Below are positions 27,567-31,171 of a DNA stretch of 31,171 bases, piece by piece. Every line of letters starts with the position of its first letter. Within the stretch, counting starts at the first letter, position 1. Under the pieces are notes generated by a model, which was not told the DNA's origin, made no database searches, and saw only the letters and a list, made by a program, of their open reading frames with translations. A program made the position numbers and the translations under genes. This stretch comes from a virus (lineage: Duplodnaviria > Caudoviricetes): the IMG/VR virus record IMGVR_UViG_3300044448_004553, positions 1 through 31,171 of that record; one strand, given 5' to 3'.

Positions 27567-28395
27567 GTTGAGATTATACTTGTTACACCAAGACTTTCAG
27601 ACTATGTTCCTTTTATTCGGTTTTGTCTTTATCCACATATGTTGCCATATGTACCCTGGTAAGCTCAGTAGTTATAGACTACCACTCTTATCGATTAAGT
27701 TATCTCAGCAGTTAATAATATCTATATGAATGTGCCCATCCATGTAGTATGTTCACTACAACACACATTAAGCTTGAGGCCAAATATGCTCTCTAGTTTT
27801 GCAAGAGATTTAAGTACTAGAACTTTTTGCTCTTAATCGCTATGGCTATTTTTCTATGTTTTCATATTTTAATGATAACTGGTCAATGTATTAAGTCGCT
27901 CATAGAATAGCTCACTATCCTTTTGGGTAGCAAATACTATACTTAATACTATCATTTATAATTGAGATATTACAAATCATGGTATGTCTGGTGTTGCCCT
28001 TTATTACTAAAGGATTAACCATAATACTGGAACACAGCCTTGCTCTCACACTTAGCTTATTATTCCTACTCCTTATCTTATTGTATGTTACCATACTCAC
28101 ATCAATTACCATCTTGATGATGCATATTCTCTTTGCCTTCGAGATTATACACATAGAAGCTTGTATCTATGAACCATCACTGGCGCTATACTATCTATCA
28201 ATAATAGTATTAACTTTGGGTATATTGCTATACTTATTCTAACGACATGATACTGCCGAATGTCCGAAGACAATTAATGAATTAGAGATAATAATATAAA
28301 GTATTTCAGCAACTTGATGTTTATCTACTATCTTATGTCGTCACATAATTAGTCTCTGCGATAAGAATTGCACTACTATCTCTAATAAATCTTAC
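27567..28395 (-). ncRNA. candidate large structured ncRNA (or ncRNA cluster) downstream of the tRNA
   Basis: Minus-strand GNRA and cUUCGg tetraloop hairpins, 7-10 bp stems and crossing pairings; no credible ORF. Confidence 0.55.
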
Positions 28396-28400
28396 TATTG

Positions 28401-28473
28401 TAGCGGAAACAGGAGTCGAACCTGATGTTTCTTGGTTATGAGCCAAGCGTTTAAACCGTTTTACTCTTCCGCT
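28401..28473 (-). tRNA. tRNA with CAT anticodon (Met-like), degenerate, no encoded CCA
   Basis: AGCGGAA/TTCCGCT acceptor stem; CTTGG-CTCATAA-CCAAG anticodon arm; CAGG-TTCGACT-CCTG T-arm; weak D-stem, G at position 8, T:T at 49:65. Confidence 0.75.
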
Positions 28474-28682
28474 ATAGACTTTCTTCTATCATAATGTCCA
28501 TCTTTACAAATCCTTGTAATTACTTTACGTGCTTGAACCCTTCCCATACCACGTATTCTCCAACAATTGACTACAACCCATTTAGGTGTCATATGTTTTA
28601 TAGTATTCCATAACTTAGATGGCTTATCCATTTTTATATTTAATAGTGTCTTTTGAGTGTAAATATCTGCTATTTTTCTCAT
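28461..28682 (-). CDS. hypothetical basic protein, 73 aa
   Basis: AAGGAGA RBS; its 3' end overlaps the tRNA 5' end. Confidence 0.6.
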   Translation of the reverse strand: MRKIADIYTQKTLLNIKMDKPSKLWNTIKHMTPKWVVVNCWRIRGMGRVQARKVITRICKDGHYDRRKSIAEE

Positions 28683-28829
28683 TCTTTTCTCCTTGTTATG
28701 TGTGGTATAAGTTGATATATATTTATCGTGTACAGGTGTGTGTATTGGAGTTAGTGTATGTAAACTCTGTGTTTTATAAGAAAACTGTCCTGTTTTGTAT
28801 AATAAATATAATATAAGTAATATATAAAT

Positions 28830-28852
28830 AATAAAAGGGGAAATAAATCCCC
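28830..28852 (-). terminator. intrinsic terminator after the first early gene
   Basis: Minus strand GGGGA-TTTATT-TCCCC followed by TTTTATT. Confidence 0.6.
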
Positions 28853-28873
28853 AATTATTATCTAATTCAATAA

Positions 28874-29194
28874 CTATCCAACTCTTTTATGAGTCCTATA
28901 GTTCTTTCTGTTATCAATCTCATCATTAATCATATTGATCTCTTGTTGAGTACGATTGATTTCAGTAACACCTCGCCTACCTTTAACTAATACAATGTTA
29001 GCTCCTCCTTTAATTAGCTCTAGTTTACGTTGCTCGCACGCTTGAAGAAATGGGTCAGCATATTGTACACCTTGTGGTGTTGCATCTGCTTCACTTGTCT
29101 TCTCATCATTACTAGGAAGTATTGACTTAAGGATTGCACCGACATGAGTAGTTACTGTGTCTGCTATGTATTGTTTATCTTTTACTGATAACAT
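28874..29194 (-). CDS. hypothetical protein, 106 aa, first gene of the early arm
   Basis: AGGAGA RBS; codon usage differs from the late genes; followed by a terminator. Confidence 0.7.
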   Translation of the reverse strand: MLSVKDKQYIADTVTTHVGAILKSILPSNDEKTSEADATPQGVQYADPFLQACEQRKLELIKGGANIVLVKGRRGVTEINRTQQEINMINDEIDNRKNYRTHKRVG

Positions 29195-29351
29195 TTATTC
29201 ATCTCCTAATTATTAAAACAATTAAAATTAATTAAATTAATTCAAATATAGAATCAAAAATAACGGAATCGTTAATTTGAAAAACCCCTGAATAGGGGGT
29301 GGGGTGTGTGTGTCTATGTGTATACCAAAATGACACAATTTTTAAAACCTC

Positions 29352-29380
29352 TTGTAAATTGCTTGACATTGAATTATATT
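29352..29380 (+). promoter_or_regulatory. sigma70-like promoter for the terminase/late operon
   Basis: TTGTAA (29352-57), 17-bp spacer, TATATT (29375-80). Confidence 0.55.
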
Positions 29381-29384
29381 AGGA

Positions 29385-29578
29385 TATCGGTAGTTAGACT
29401 TTTTTAGCTATCATCCAGTTAGTACCCTTGAAATAGTTCTGCTAATTGGATCAGAAGTTGGGTTGCTCTCCGAATAGGAAAAAGAGTTTGTCCCCAATAA
29501 CCGATAGAAATTGCTACAATATAAAGTTTAGATATGGGAGAAATTACTGGTCTATGTGGAAATTTGTAGTTAAACTTT
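29385..29578 (+). ncRNA. structured leader or standalone ncRNA upstream of the terminase operon
   Basis: Multi-stem junction with G-U pairs on the + strand (29413-24/29440-51), followed by crossing stems at 29513-29578. Confidence 0.5.
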
Positions 29579-29632
29579 TTAAAAATAGAACCCTTTCTAT
29601 TCAGGGACTCGTATATTCAACTGGAGATTATT

Positions 29633-29809
29633 ATGGCAATAAAAACATATGTATTAGAAGTAGTATTCGATGAAGAAACTGATGAATGTATCGTCTTAAA
29701 AGAATATGTTGAGCACGATGAAACAGTTTTAAATGTTGATGAACAAAAGATTAAAGTGGATAAAAAATTAGGTAAATTACTCGATAGTAGTATTATGGGT
29801 ATATCATAA
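29633..29809 (+). CDS. small acidic protein, 58 aa (not in ORF track)
   Basis: MAIKTYVLEVVFDEETDEC...IMGIS; GGAGA RBS. Confidence 0.65.
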   Translation: MAIKTYVLEVVFDEETDECIVLKEYVEHDETVLNVDEQKIKVDKKLGKLLDSSIMGIS

Positions 29810-29846
29810 ATTTTCCTACTACCCCTGGCGGGGATAGTAGAACGAT

Positions 29847-30596
29847 ATGAGAAATTATATAGTAAATAAAATACAACATGTTGTATTCGATGATTTAGAA
29901 GAAGTTCCTAAAGATTTGACCTTCCTTAAGGATTGGAGGGATGGTCACATAGGTGACTGGGTAGAGTCTGATGATGGATGTGTCATCCAGATACTCAGAC
30001 GTGGCAGAATGTTAAAACCTAAAGGCAAGGTCAAAACCATTGAGTACGTTGGTACTTGCACAGGCACATTTGTTGTATCCGATAAAAATAAAATGGATAC
30101 ATCGAAAAGAGTGAATATATACTCTATTGGTGGAAACATCGATAGAGAAGATCGTGTAAAGGAAAGAGATAGACTTAGCTCTAAGGAAGAGATGTTTGTA
30201 GTCTATATGGCTACGGGTCTATCTCCGCAGGAAGCGTATATGAAAGCGTTTCCTACGAACGAGCCTTCATATGCAAATATGAGAGCAAATCAATTAGTAA
30301 AAACACAAAGAATAAAAACAGCTATGAAAGAAGAATTAAAACCTATATTAGAAGAGCTGGGAATAAATGAGACTACAGTATTAAGAAATATAAATACTAT
30401 AGCTACATCAGCTCAAAAAGAAGATACAAGATTAAAGGCCTTATTTAAATTATCCGATATTATGGATTTAGAAGATAAAAGCAGGACAACAGTAACTCAA
30501 ATATCTGCTGCTGCATTTCAAGGATTTTCTAAGGATCAATTACAAGAGGCTGTAAGACCAAAACAGATAAATGGAGAAAAAGTAAATGGCAAATGA
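29847..30596 (+). CDS. terS: terminase small subunit with N-terminal extension
   Basis: LSSKEEMFV.Y.ATG....EAY.KAF......ANQLVK..RI HTH, then ETTVL..I..IA...DTRLKAL, typical of TerS; near the start of the late operon. Confidence 0.7.
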   Translation: MRNYIVNKIQHVVFDDLEEVPKDLTFLKDWRDGHIGDWVESDDGCVIQILRRGRMLKPKGKVKTIEYVGTCTGTFVVSDKNKMDTSKRVNIYSIGGNIDREDRVKERDRLSSKEEMFVVYMATGLSPQEAYMKAFPTNEPSYANMRANQLVKTQRIKTAMKEELKPILEELGINETTVLRNINTIATSAQKEDTRLKALFKLSDIMDLEDKSRTTVTQISAAAFQGFSKDQLQEAVRPKQINGEKVNGK

Positions 30597-31171
30597 AAAC
30601 TATTGGAGCCCAGAAGCAATAAAGGCTAGAACAGATGCATATAATGCACAAAGGGGAACTGCAGCAACACCTGTGGATATGGTTTCTCCTACTGCTAGCG
30701 CCCAAGGAGCTCCTACAAATGAATTTATAGAAATGACAAATCAATTACCTGCTGTTCAGAGGTATAATGAACAATTTAATGTGGCTCCTGATCAAAGGAC
30801 ATATTTAAGCCCTCAAGAGATAGTTCAAGTTACTAATGCACAAGCTGCTCAATTAGGAGATCAAAGGGCAGCTGCAATGGAAGGCAATATAATGGATTTA
30901 TTCCAAGCGCAGGATACTGCAAATATATTCGATACATCTAATGCTTTAAAAGTAACAGAGTCTATGGGTGTTGATCCAAAAACTATTGATTATGGCGGAG
31001 GCCCTGTAACAGATCCAAATAGAGTTGTAGATGCAAACTATATCCCTACAAATGTCGCAGAACACGCTTTACCTGGATTACCAGCAAAACAAGAAATAGT
31101 TTCTCCTTCAGCAGCAATGAGAGATACTAGTCCTTTAACACAAATATTTGGAGTTCCTACGGAAAATCTAG
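30586..31171 (+). CDS. hypothetical protein (3' truncated)
   Basis: ATG at 30586 with GGAGA RBS; open to the window end (MANENYWSPEAIK...); Ala/Pro/Gln-rich. Confidence 0.65.
   Translation, partial: MANENYWSPEAIKARTDAYNAQRGTAATPVDMVSPTASAQGAPTNEFIEMTNQLPAVQRYNEQFNVAPDQRTYLSPQEIVQVTNAQAAQLGDQRAAAMEGNIMDLFQAQDTANIFDTSNALKVTESMGVDPKTIDYGGGPVTDPNRVVDANYIPTNVAEHALPGLPAKQEIVSPSAAMRDTSPLTQIFGVPTENL

Noticed and set aside
27599-28360. Group I intron R-like (CGCAGAGACTA, 28350-60) and S-like (AACATAGTCT, about 27600) words on the minus strand
   Set aside because: They are ~750 nt apart, there is no room for P/Q elements upstream, and no interrupted gene is evident. Still worth including in a covariance-model scan.
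26102-28395. CRISPR array or tandem repeats in the non-coding early region
   Set aside because: No direct repeats at regular spacing; the elements are inverted-repeat-closed and unrelated to each other.
18444-28816. Short + strand ORFs in the minus arm (18444, 23304, 23580, 23986, 24576, 25126, 26146, 26938, 27526, 27979, 28619) and minus ORF 27915-28154
   Set aside because: Antisense to real genes or lying across structured non-coding DNA, lacking the AGGAG RBS typical of this arm. The hydrophobicity of 27979-28242 is explained by strand T-richness.
29446-30744. ORFs 29446-29673 (+), 29945-30139 (-) and 30529-30744 (-)
   Set aside because: The first has a TTG start without RBS and overlaps the structured leader and a better ORF; the other two are antisense to terS and the next gene.
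1-31171. Stop-codon reassignment as in some crAss-like phages
   Set aside because: TAA, TAG and TGA all end genes at operon-consistent positions, and long ORFs are intact under the standard code.

Overview
An AT-rich (~30% GC) segment of a tailed dsDNA phage, most likely podovirus-like, using the standard genetic code. It has three parts. (1) Bases 1-17280 (+) are the end of the virion operon: a tail nozzle C-terminus, a tail-associated protein, a pilot/ejection-like protein, an acidic protein ending in a Hint (intein-like) domain plus a GGGGKGGK tail, a GNAT acetyltransferase, an EF-hand/coiled-coil protein, a 3060-aa protein with the motifs of a crAss-like single-chain two-barrel (DPBB) virion RNA polymerase (DFDTD), and a 905-aa ejection-like protein. 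(2) Bases 17288-29194 (-) are an apparently complete early/middle arm: Hjc-type resolvase, DUF932-like protein, primase-helicase, SSB, ERF recombinase, a DUF6878/DUF6915-like pair, many small ORFs and a degenerate tRNA(CAT). I see no DNA polymerase or integrase. (3) Bases 29352-31171 (+) hold a sigma70-like promoter, a structured ~200-nt leader, a small ORF, a terminase small subunit and a truncated gene. The most unusual signals are the Hint-GGGGKGGK protein next to a GNAT; a divergent virion RNAP whose only Cys (residue 3059) abuts the only Cys (residue 3) of the next protein; and many non-coding structured elements in the early arm, including a twice-repeated covarying motif and an ~830-nt tetraloop-rich region directly downstream of the tRNA. 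All family calls come from motif recognition by eye; no searches or folding programs were run.
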